Part shown: positions 36,810 through 47,376 of the stretch, in pieces
Position numbering within the stretch: the first letter of the stretch is position 1
Layout: every line of letters starts with the position of its first letter
Source: Oculina patagonica
Taxonomy: Eukaryota
Length of the DNA stretch: 64,000 nucleotides
Direction of reading: 5' to 3'
NCBI RefSeq assembly: GCF_052425735.1
Contig: NC_135768.1
Location: 18,228,001 to 18,292,000, forward strand
The notes under the pieces: generated by a model
The model's input: the letters and a program-made list of their open reading frames with translations, nothing else
What the model was told of the DNA's origin: nothing
Databases searched by the model: none
Translations under genes and position numbers: made by a program

Positions 36810-37251
36810 GACAACTAGATAGAAAGAGGACCAATGCTGTAAAGTTTCCCTTATCATTCCCGGCTTAGAAAGACTGCGTAGTAATAAGAAATCGATCGCA
36901 AACATCATCATGTAGTAAGTGTTATAATCAATGCACAATCCACGGACTTTCAAGCTTAGTCAAACACCCGGCATCCAGCTCCAAACCTTGATTAAGTTTC
37001 TGTTATTGAAAGACACCTTGAAAATGAACTGTTAAGGCTTCTGTAAATTAAAATCACTTTATTATGATTTGATTGATCTACAGTTTTAGTTTTAAGTATG
37101 ACAGGTGATGTGCAAGCGGCATATTTGACAAAAAATCGTATACTTTTGATCCAAATAGTTGAATACTACTTAAGTGACTATCTCCGTTTTACTGAGTACG
37201 GACTATCTATTTTTTCGCATCACCTTAAGTTTACCTTGGCTAAACAGCTGT

Positions 37252-37420
37252 CAGGGCCCTTACCTAGCGGGGGACAAGGGGGGCAGTTGCCCCCGCCAGG
37301 AATTTTCAACAAAGTGTTTGATTTTGCTGGGCTATTACTTGTAGCTATATTGGAGTATGCCCCGCAGCGAAGTTAAGCGGAGTTTGCCCCGAAGACAAAA
37401 AAATCCTACGTACGGCCCTG
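37252..37420. mobile_element. Short MITE with CAGGGCC termini
   Basis: CAGGGCCCTTACCTAG ... CTACGTACGGCCCTG, with GCTGT on both flanks. Confidence 0.65.
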
Positions 37421-38007
37421 GCTGTTGCTTCATTAAAAAGGCAACAACAGGATTAAGTTTTCAAAGCTTCAACGGCCATTCTATGTTGCAAACCTTGTCA
37501 ACTCAAACGTCTTTGTAGATACTTTTAATCTGTAAACAATGTTCGAAGAAAATGTAATTATAATCTAGGGTACAATTGGTTAAAGTTCAACAGCCAATGT
37601 TGATGTTTACCGTGTAATTTTTCAACAACGTTATATTGAGGTGAACGAATTGCCGTAAAAAACAAATTAACAATAATCCATCCAAGATATATATTCTTGT
37701 ATTCGTGTAATGGAAGAATTGTCTTTGAAGGAAGTAGTACATAATTAATAAAGTTAATCAATAGTAAGGGCGTACAGCTTTCTAAAATGTATAGGAAATC
37801 CTTCATAAGCCTTTTAGACAACCCTCAGAAATCCGGTTCTTTTAATGAATTCGCGATAGGTGTCTTGGATTCAATTTCACTCTTATAATTGTTTACTCAT
37901 GCAAAAACAATAAAGAAGAGGTGACTCTTTGATGTGCAAATTTACATCACAGAAAGAAGTTTTATGATTACTTCTCTTGTGGCAACATTTTAACCGGTCT
38001 GCACAAG

Positions 38008-38934
38008 ATGAGCAACATGGCAAACAACACTACTATCTTAGTTACAATGAAAAGAACAAATGCGGCTTGTTTTGTGTTAAATTTTCTTTATCCTTTAACC
38101 AACCATGTTACAATTGTAACAACTGTCATCAATGTGATCTTGTCGCCTGTTGCCGTGGTGGGAAATGTTCTAGTTTTGGTGGCGATTTGGAAGAACTCAT
38201 CTCTCCGTACACCCTCCTTCATTCTTCTTGGTGGATTGGCATTTACAGATTTGTGTACAGGACTTATCACCCAACCCTTCTACGTTCTTTTCAGAGTGGC
38301 TGCATTGATGGATAACCTGAAATTATTTTGTTTGGGCCATTTAATTTCCCAAACCGCTGGGCTGTACTTCTCATCTGTTACTGTAGCAAACATTGCCTTT
38401 ATGGCCATTGAGAGATGGATACATATGACTCGTCGATCCCTTTTAACTAAACGTCGCGTTATTGTCATATATGGAGTTCTTCTGTTGAGTCCGATGTTCT
38501 TTGTCCTTGGCCTTTCTTTTAACACGCGTGTGACCTGGATAACAGCCTTATGTCTAGGTGTCCTTTGCATAACAGCAACGTCCGTGGCATATCTGAAAGT
38601 TTTTCAGATCATCAATCGCCATCAAAGACGGGTTCGGATGAACAACTTGTCGCAAAATTCTCAGAATACGCCAGCCATAAATCTCGCGAAGTACAAGAAA
38701 TCAGTTTTTACAATTTTGTACATCATGGGTTTATTCCTCTTGTGTTATCTTCCCTTTGTTTGCTGTGCCGTTATTATTTATCTGTCCAAAGATGTAAGAG
38801 AGAAATCTTTAACGGCGCTTGACGTTTGTACAACTGCATTATTTGCCTCCTCTTCTATAAACCCTCTTCTTTATTGTTGGCGAATCAAAGATATTCGTCA
38901 AGGAATTAAACGGTTAGTTAGAAAATTATTTTAA
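38008..38934 (+). CDS. Intronless class A orphan GPCR (308 aa), divergent copy 10
   Basis: Intact ORF; LAFTD, AIERW, CYLP, NPLLY. Confidence 0.94.
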   Translation: MSNMANNTTILVTMKRTNAACFVLNFLYPLTNHVTIVTTVINVILSPVAVVGNVLVLVAIWKNSSLRTPSFILLGGLAFTDLCTGLITQPFYVLFRVAALMDNLKLFCLGHLISQTAGLYFSSVTVANIAFMAIERWIHMTRRSLLTKRRVIVIYGVLLLSPMFFVLGLSFNTRVTWITALCLGVLCITATSVAYLKVFQIINRHQRRVRMNNLSQNSQNTPAINLAKYKKSVFTILYIMGLFLLCYLPFVCCAVIIYLSKDVREKSLTALDVCTTALFASSSINPLLYCWRIKDIRQGIKRLVRKLF

Positions 38935-39300
38935 TTTCTACATCTTTCGTTTATTATTAATTTATACAATAGCTAGTGTAAGCGAATTTATGCAGTTCTA
39001 TTTAAGTTGTGGTATGATACATTAATTACGTGTAGCTGAAAAGCACTCTCGAATAGTCACGTAAGTAGATCACAAAACAATCGTCAGTTTGACATTTTGG
39101 CACGATTATATTCTTGACAAATACAAAACAGGAACCCATAAAAAAGCGAGGATAAAAATAGTTTGCAATTTGTCAATTCAAAGAGATTAAAATTCTCTGA
39201 AAACTTTGTCAAGACTAAGAAAGCATATGAAGAAAATCTATTTATAATTTTTATTCGGCGGAACTAAACTGTAAGTGGCCGGGAGAGAGGAATGTAAATA

Positions 39301-39891
39301 CCTTATTCTCACTTAATTTCGCGAGTACTAAATTTCGCGATTTTCGCGATTTTGAAAAAATCGCGAAATTTAATACTCGCGAAATATAGGACACGCGAAG
39401 TTTAAAATCGCGAAATTTAATATCGTACTGATAAAAATTATATAAAAAAATAATGAAACTCGATGTATTTTATCATAGTTATTCTAACATGTCTGAGCTT
39501 CATGTTTAGGAGTTTCTTGTTTAATTTTAATTTGTCCATTAGTTATCTCCCACTCTATCAGTCGCACTGTTCGAACTGTTCTCTGCCGCCAAGTTCCTCA
39601 AAATCTCGCTCTTGCAGAAGTAGATGAACTTATTAGAGAATTAGACTGTTGAATACCTTATGTTTTGTTATGCGTATACTGTTTTGTTTGCTGCTTTTAT
39701 GATGACTTTCATATTAATTATGTTGTTACAGTTTCGAGGTCAAGCTTCATATAAAAGAATAGGTAAAAATCGCGAAATTTAATACACTCCAATTGTACCT
39801 TCCTCTCAAAATCGCGAAATTAAGTACTCGCGAAATATGGCTCTTGAATTTTCGCGAAATTAAGTACTCGCGAAATTTAGTGAGAATAAGG
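39301..39891. mobile_element. TA-flanked MITE with ~40-bp TIRs and many TTTCGCG/CGCGAAA subterminal repeats
   Basis: TA|CCTTATTCTCACTTAATTTCGCGAGTAC ... GTACTCGCGAAATTTAGTGAGAATAAGG|TA. Confidence 0.9.
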
Positions 39892-39934
39892 TAGTTTCCT
39901 ATTGGTATGAATGCACGAAAGCTGATATGGCGTT

Positions 39935-40122
39935 AATAGGCCATTTCCGAGTTCCCCTTTGCCTCTGTTTCATAACGAGTGTACGTGCGAAACCATTCAA
40001 ATGAATATGAGTTTGATCTGCATAAAAATGGATGTGTTGGTGAAACTCATTCTCATATGAATGGTTTCGCACGTAGACTCGTTTTGAAACAGAGGCCACG
40101 GATAACTCGGAAATAGCCTTTT
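39935..40122. mobile_element. Palindromic ~185-bp MITE
   Basis: GGCCATTTCCGAGTT..GCCTCTGTTTCA..ACGAGT..ACGTGCGAAACCATTCA is mirrored at 40057-40118. Confidence 0.85.
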
Positions 40123-40519
40123 GACTCAAATGATTTATATAAGGTCTAAGTGATGGTTGTGATGTAGTCATCTTAGATCTCGAACTTTTCAGCTTTTGTT
40201 TTATTACACTATTGTTATTTTGTACTTTACCTGCGCCTGCTTTTGGTTTGGGGGTACGTTCCTATTTTTTCCACTGGGATTTTGAGTTTTCGTACCAGGT
40301 GGCGCACAGGCTTGTAGTCAGAGTAATATTTCACTTTTGTATGTTTGAACAATGTAACTTTACAACGACAGCATTAAATACTCGTACAGAGCAAATTCAT
40401 AGAACACCGACATGGATAGTACATAGCACACCCATTTTTTTGTTTAATAGTTATGAATATAAATAGAAAGAATAATTGCTTATCCCATGGATCAGGCAGC
40501 CCAGCCCCTCCGCCGACAT

Positions 40520-40693
40520 CTTTTCACGTTGCCGTTACGATTTACCGGTACTACTGTTAGGTGGAGAAAGGCCCAGTGAAAGTTTATACCTGTCTTGCCC
40601 AAAAACATAATTAAAAAACCCACCCAGGGCTAGAACCCCGACCTATCGATCAGGACTCCAACTCAATAACTTGTTTAACGCCATCTCGCCTCC
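40520..40693 (-). mobile_element. Degenerate tRNA-derived SINE
   Basis: The minus strand begins GGAGGCGAGATGGCG, with a B-box-like GGTTCTAGCCC, then a body TTGGGCAAGACA...CACTGGGCCTTTCTCCACC. Confidence 0.6.
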
Positions 40694-41057
40694 AAAGTTA
40701 GAGTGATATTCTATCATAAATACCGTCTCCATGAGTCTTATCTTGAAAATAAGAATTCTTTAAAAAAAAAAGTTTCAAATCTGATGTATATTAGTCGGCC
40801 GAAGTTATTATGCTTGGCTATGTTAATAACCAATAATAACCTGAAAAATCTTCATTGTAAATTTTGTATATCGCACCGCTTTGCAGCTGCCCTTTAACGC
40901 ATACGCAATCAGCGACATCGTTTGTTTAGTTATCGGATTTTTCGAAATTAAACTTTGAACTTCCTTCTACACTAAACATTGTCTCTCTACTGTCATTTAC
41001 GAAATTCTTTTTATTGCAACGCATCCTTAACAAAGAACATTCAAAGGCAACATGTAC

Positions 41058-41415
41058 CCCGGGGGGGGGGGGGGTTACTCCATATAATGGCCTATACGGG
41101 GAGGCTCCGCCCGAAAGGGGTACCTTTTTCAGGCTTCAGGTATATAAAAGGGTAGGGATTTCACAAGTTTAGGTATATGAAAGGGTATGTAAATCTGTCA
41201 TTCTGGTTTTTAAAAGGGCCTTGAATTAAAATATTTCGAACAGACGCACTTTATGCCATGTCTTTTAGGTATATGAAAGGGGTAACTTTTTTCAGTAAAA
41301 GGTATACGAAAGGGGTACAATTTCTGTGAAAATGGTATATAAAAGGGTAAGGGGTAAGAGCTTGGGGCGGAGCCTCCCCGTATAAAACTTTTTTGAGTGC
41401 CCCCCCCCCCCCGGG
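41058..41415 (+). mobile_element. MITE with CCCGGG(G)n termini and 8-bp TSD ACATGTAC
   Basis: TSD at 41050-41057 and 41416-41423. A second copy lies in inverted orientation at 62675-63097. Confidence 0.9.
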
Positions 41416-41762
41416 ACATGTACACACCGACATGTTGGTCGATAAAGGATTGTTGAAACTACCAAAATACTCCCACTTACATATTTACTGAGATTGTTGG
41501 CAGACACAGAGAAAAGGATATTGCTTATGTAGATTACGACTTGTACTACAGTCATCTTTGGTGCATATAGTATGCTTAAAAAGTTCGACGTTTCAGCTTT
41601 CTGGCATCTGCGGTCGGTTACCAATATTAAGAGCATTTACCCAAAAAAATAGCGCAATGTTTTTCTGAAAGAAATCGTAAGGTGTGATAAGATTCATGTA
41701 AATCCAACTGGGACACAACTTGTATATTCTGTGTTTGTTTATCATAGTCGATTATATGTGTC

Positions 41763-42171
41763 CCCAGGGAGGGTACTCTGGCTTGTAAATGACGGGGATG
41801 ATCGAAGGATTTTTTTAGGTTTGAAATTTTCAATTGCGGGATTTTTTTGGGTTGGAAAATTTGGCAAGTATTTTTTTGGGTGACTTGATTTAAATAGGGG
41901 ATTTTTTGGGTATTAAAAACGAATTAAAGTGCCTTGGCGTATTTATGGTATGATGAATAAACAAACACGAGCTTTCAATTTGTTATGGTTTTCTTTGTGT
42001 TTTGTGCTTTCTGTTTTTAGGGGTAATTTGACAAGGGATTTTTTTGGGGGTTATTTTTGGTCCAGGGATTTTTTTGGGTAATGTCTGAAGACTTAGGGAT
42101 TTTTTTGGGTCTTGAGTTTTGCCTCCATTCGATCATCCCCGTCATTTACAAGCCGGAGTACCCCCCCTGGG
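41763..42171. mobile_element. MITE with CCCAGGG termini, ~45-bp TIR and 8-bp TSD TATGTGTC
   Basis: TSD at 41755-41762 and 42172-42179. GTACTCTGGCTTGTAAATGACGGGGATGATCGAA is mirrored at the right end. Confidence 0.9.
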
Positions 42172-43047
42172 TATGTGTCACGTTTCTGACAACTGACTGC
42201 ATGATCAAAATTGTTTGTTTTCGTCAAAAGACTGAGAAATTAAATAAACCGAAACTGAACCCAGCTGTTTGGACACAAAAAAATTGAATCGGTTTTTGGA
42301 TCGATTCATCTGAAAAGAGAAAGAAAAGAAAATCTGAACGGTGAGAAAAATCAGTACATAAATTCTTGGAAGCGCTTTTTCAGTAGTGAAAAAGCTGACT
42401 GCTAAGATGGATGAAATCCATAATTACAACCTAATTCTGATTGTCTTTAGTTAGAAATTTCATTTAACTGTACTTGCAGTGGGTGTAAGGTTTGTTTAGA
42501 GCGTTGACTTATATTAAAAAATAATCAAAATACGGTGACGGCGGATGTTAAATGTAACATTTTTGTTAAGTATCTTGTAAATAACACCAATAATAATACA
42601 CAGTTTCAGTTTTATTAAAAATAATCAAAATTTGTCTTTTTTATCTAGTGAATGCGGTGAGAACGATGTAAGATTTAACATTTTTAAATAAAGCAAGTAT
42701 ATAATGACAAACTAACTGAAATGTCAACAATTGGGCGTATATCGTATAAATTATTTTAAATAAGATGTCAATAGTTCTGAAGAAGGATCAGGGTTGAAAG
42801 ATCTTGCTGCATTCAGTTATTCCAGTCGTCGTTTTAACGTTCGATAAATCTTGGATAAGCAAAGTCCTCCGTTTGTCGTGACCACGTTTAACAAGCATCA
42901 CTGGCCGGAGAAACAAACAAATGACACCGCCTTTAAAGCAAAGTTTTAAAATTTTATGTAGAAGCGACAATTGCCGAAAGAAAACGGCTTGCTTTTTTCG
43001 AAGAAGAATTTAAATTGTTCAATCGTTTGGCATTCTTTCATTTTGCA

Positions 43048-43941
43048 ATGCCGGCAATCGTCTCTTATGCTATTACTGTGGCAACCTGTGTGATCAACGC
43101 AATCATCTCGCCTGTAGCAGTGGCTGGAAATTCTCTCATTTTGGTTGCAATTTACAAAAAGCCGTCACTTCGTACTCCTTCTTACATTCTTCTTGGAGGA
43201 TTAGCGATCACTGACTTCTTTATGGGCCTCCTAACTCTGCCAGCCTCTACTGTATCAACCGTGTTGGTTGAATCATTACACAAGGGGTCGCCACGCTTGT
43301 GCCTTATGACTGGCATTTTCGTGAACGGAATTGGCAGCTATTTAGGTTTTATCACAATCTTTGTGATCTCGTTCATGTCCGTTGAAAGATGGTTGCACAT
43401 GAGCCGCAATTCCACGATCACCGTGCCTCGTGTCTTCAAAGCATACATGGTCATCTGCCTGCTTCCAATCCCATTCATTTCTGCCCGTTTGGTTCAATCT
43501 TTGGATGGTTGTATCTTCAACAAAATAGATGCTATCGAAGGGATCGTGGTCTTCGTCTGTCTCCTGATTACAACGGTTTTCTATTTTAAAGTCTTCCAAA
43601 TTATCCGCCGTCACCAACTCCAAATTCAAGCGAACCAACCAGCCCAAGCTTTTGGCCAAACAACAATCGACTTCACAAAGTACAAGAAATCCGTGGTAAT
43701 GCTTCTCTATATTTTAGCATTGTTTGCTGTATGCTATCTTCCCTCTGCTGTCTTCCTTGAGGTTATGTTATTTTATCAAGATTTCCAGTTGACAGAACAG
43801 ATAAGCATAACGGCAAACGTTCTATCCACATTGTATTTTTTATCTTCCGCCCTGAACCCTCTTCTATATTGCTGGAGGATAAGGGATTTACGCATTAGTG
43901 TAAAACAACTATTAATGAAGATATTCCAACAGGATGTCTGA
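43048..43941 (+). CDS. Intronless class A orphan GPCR (297 aa), most divergent copy 11
   Basis: Intact ORF from ATG 43048; LAITD, SVERW, CYLP, NPLLY; Cys at the top of TM3 and in ECL2. Confidence 0.92.
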   Translation: MPAIVSYAITVATCVINAIISPVAVAGNSLILVAIYKKPSLRTPSYILLGGLAITDFFMGLLTLPASTVSTVLVESLHKGSPRLCLMTGIFVNGIGSYLGFITIFVISFMSVERWLHMSRNSTITVPRVFKAYMVICLLPIPFISARLVQSLDGCIFNKIDAIEGIVVFVCLLITTVFYFKVFQIIRRHQLQIQANQPAQAFGQTTIDFTKYKKSVVMLLYILALFAVCYLPSAVFLEVMLFYQDFQLTEQISITANVLSTLYFLSSALNPLLYCWRIRDLRISVKQLLMKIFQQDV

Positions 43942-44093
43942 AACAGTTGGTATACAGCAATTTTCGTAAAACCAAAACCAAAGTAATCACCTTGGCAAAA
44001 AAAAGGACACAGACAATCCAGTGAACCAATCAAATCTTGAAGGAAATAAATGAAGCAGGCGGCAAGCGATAGAAAACGTGTGCGAGCGAGTCA

Positions 44094-44257
44094 CAATAGC
44101 CCAATTTCGATATTTTAAAATTCAGCCTAAAACAATAGACATCACAACGAGGCTCCGGGGAATTAAACGCCACAAACTCTATAGTTTAGTCCCCGGAGCC
44201 TCGTCCTGAGGTCTATTGTTTTAGGCTGAATTTTAATATATCGAAATTGGGCTGTTG
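44094..44257. mobile_element. Palindromic MITE inserted into an older dispersed repeat (about 43960-44375)
   Basis: CAATAGCCCAATTTCGATATT..AAAATTCAGCCTAAAACAATAGAC is mirrored at 44211-44257. Confidence 0.85.
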
Positions 44258-44567
44258 GAGTAGTTTTACTTCTGATTGGCTGAGAGAGTGGCTCGAGATT
44301 TTTCAATGAAACACCAAGTGTTGTAATACAAAGACAAAGCAAATGCGAATTACACTACACAACTATGAGAATAACACTGTCAATTGATTCTTCGTAGAAA
44401 AACTGCTGTGTTTGATGTCTATTTCGCAAGTGACTGTCGATTATAGACCTTTGTCAAAAATCCAAGATGGCCGCCATCAGAAGGCTACCAAAACGAGGCA
44501 CTGGGGCGTTGTCAAACCAAGATGGCCGCCATGAGCGTCACCATGTGGGCCTCCAAAAGGAGGCCTT

Positions 44568-44760
44568 CAGGGGCGTTCCTAGGCTTTTTTTGTTTGTAAG
44601 CCCTGGCGTGGCATAATTCAGAATATTGGCAATATGGGCGCGAGAGCGGGGGGTCCGGGGGCATGCCCCCGGAAAATTTTGAAAATTTAAGTACTCTGAG
44701 ATGCAATCTGGTGCAATCTGGACGCTTAAATTTGGCAAATGTCAGGATTCCATATTGAAC
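44568..44760 (+). mobile_element. Truncated DNA-transposon end (CAGGGGCGT terminus, GGGGGCATGCCCCC hairpin)
   Basis: Terminus motif and internal palindrome; no matching right end found. Confidence 0.4.
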
Positions 44761-45870
44761 AAGAAATGTTAAATATTAAACAAAATGCAGCTGTGGTCAA
44801 AGAAGTAACGAGAACGTCATAAATCAATAGGTTTAATTAGCAAAGCTGCACGTGCATCATGCATTTTCGTACATTTCTTTGCCGTTCTCTGCAAAACAAC
44901 AACGTCCAATGACCAAATTCAAGGTTTAAAAGAGAACGTGAGCACACGACGGTTAATTTTCTTTTCTCTATCTGAACTTAACACAGTCCCTACGAATTCG
45001 GCTCACTCACAATTCAGTCACATTAGACAAATTAAACAAGTTGGAATAAATACGAAGTAACAACAGTAACAACTTAAACTTAATGACCTGACTAGTGATC
45101 CAGTAATGCTCTTGTAAATACGCCTTTCAACAAGTTTACACTAAGTCGTGAATCGTTCTAATACAACTTAAAAAATTATTATACCGTCCGAACGACTTGT
45201 AAGCCCGTGCTTATTTGCTTAAAGGCAGGTACGCGCCTGCCCCTTGGGACAATATTTGGAGATGGGAACATAAAATTCGTTTACTAGACGTCTTGAGAAT
45301 AACAAAATGTAAGTTAGAAAAATATGTTATGTGGTTGCATGGAAACCCCATCTTCCAACTCGACTTAACTGGAAGGTTTGTTTAAGATTCGCGGCAATTG
45401 TAAACCATTTTCCACTTGATTGGCTTTTTTAAACGGGTATTGTTTTAGTCTTGGTGGCCATTGTTGTTCAGTCAAAAGCTTAAAACAATAGCTCACTTGC
45501 TCGAAGCGCGCCATTTTCAAACGAAAATACAACTAGCAGTTTTCAAACCAAAAAAAAGGTGGTTCCTGTTCACCAATTTTAAAACTTTAAACGGATTCTT
45601 GTAAAGAAAAGATCAAAGTTTCATTTTCCACGCGTGCATTTTAAAAATTCAGTAAAGATTTTCAGAAATTCGCTTTCAAAAACGGCTTCCATACAAAAAT
45701 GAATTTATTTGCCGCCAAATAAAAATGTTTATGACTCCTATCCACTTCTTTTGTTAATGATTACATGTAACTATCAAAGTTTAACAAAAATGATAAGCTA
45801 GGGAGGAATGGCAGTGCAGGGTTCAACCAGAGGGGGATAGAGTGTATTTTGTGTCCAGTGAAACAACGGA

Positions 45871-46254
45871 TTGAGCAATAGTCACAAGACTATCTTGTGA
45901 CTTAACTAACAATAAAGATTCATTGAGCAATAGTCACGAGGTGACTCGGAAAAGTACATAGCCTCGTTTCCATTAAGAGCTATAAGACGTGGCGTGTTAC
46001 TTGAGTTCGTCCTCTTTGTCTCCAGACCTTACACTCTGCGAGTTCAACCCTCCTCCACCCTTCCTCCACCTCGTATACTTTTATTTAGATGTATTGGGTA
46101 ATTTTATTCTGGGCCTTTTTTCTAGTGCCCTCACCTTTGCTAGAGCTTTACGAACAAAAGAATCGTAAGTAATTAAGTTAATTTGACTTTGTAGGATCTA
46201 ATCAATAAATCGGCCACCTCGCGTGGCCAAAATTAATCCCAACACTTGACTGGT
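45871..46254 (+). mobile_element. Terminal-repeat fragment related to the 3' end of the 9-kb insertion
   Basis: TTGAGCAATAGTCAC occurs twice with hairpins. CCCTCACCTTTGCT and AATAAA(T)CGGCCAC...CGTGGCCAAAAT are shared with 23595-23690. Confidence 0.55.
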
Positions 46255-47376
46255 CTACATTCCTTTCACCGCTCTTTGCAAACAAAGCTCGGCTGTTGAC
46301 CAAATAATTGAGTATATCTTATTGATAAATTTGTATTCAAATTGCATCTGGTATAAGGAGACATAAAAGGCCAATTTTACTGTATTTTCAAGTGCAAAAG
46401 AACATGCCTTATGCTTGTTCAATCTTCTTCGTTTTAGCCTTAAAATGTAGATCCCAACATTAATCTTCAAAAATTCGTGCGTGCATTGTTAGATATTTAC
46501 TTCCTAAAATCAGATAATTGAGTTTTATCAACGCTACTGGGCCGATTTATGCCCTTTCTTCTCTTATTGTGGACGCGCTCGCGTTCAAATTTGCCGCTTC
46601 GCTGATTGTTAATAATTAATGATGTCCATGCATAATGCCCTATGTATAAGAAGGGGAGAGTGATGTGTGGTTAAGAATAACAGGAAAAAGATTCTTAACC
46701 TCTGCTCAACTCTCCCCCGCTCCCCTAAGTCCCCAAGCAGTGACGCCTTTAGATTATTCTGCATCATTAGTTAAATAAAAAACATAACCAAAGGCATTTT
46801 TTACAATTTATTATTAATTTACATGATTTATGACAAAGAAATAATTGTTTCTTAAAAATATAAAGATCGTTTCATCCATTTAAATAGAATGTTTGAGTTT
46901 ATTTTCATTACATACTCAGTATTTGCTTAATTGGGAAGCCAAGTTCTGATCTAATTCTAATCTGGGCTGACCTCATGGTCTTCGCTTTCGGCGCCTTTGG
47001 AATCATTAAAAAGAAATATGAAATGTCTCTGGATAAAAACCACAACATTAATGAAATCCTATTTTTTGCTTATCGTTGTTGCAAATGTAAACACCACGTG
47101 TGTTAGATTCGAATCCTTTAAGGTTAATGTCCACATACCCTTACCGAGTGTACTTCTTCGCTTGATTTTCTCAATATGACAGAAAACCTTTTTCAACACG
47201 CAGTTACAGTTTGGGTCGAATTTTATACTTGTTTTACAAATGAAACTTGCCACGTATTGAAAGTTTGCGACTGTTTATTTCACCTATAATACCACTCAGC
47301 ACCATCTTGCAGGGATGTCGTTTCCCCACATGCTCGCATGCCTGTTAACCGCTGATTATGAGTGAGTGTCGACGTC

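Noticed and set aside
41210-41636. Short ORFs over G/C-tract elements (also 63002-63253, 44512-44738, 61492-61803)
   Set aside because: They lie within MITEs and show no coding signal.
42777-42805. CTGAAGA...GAAA hammerhead-like core
   Set aside because: The intervening sequence does not form stem II.
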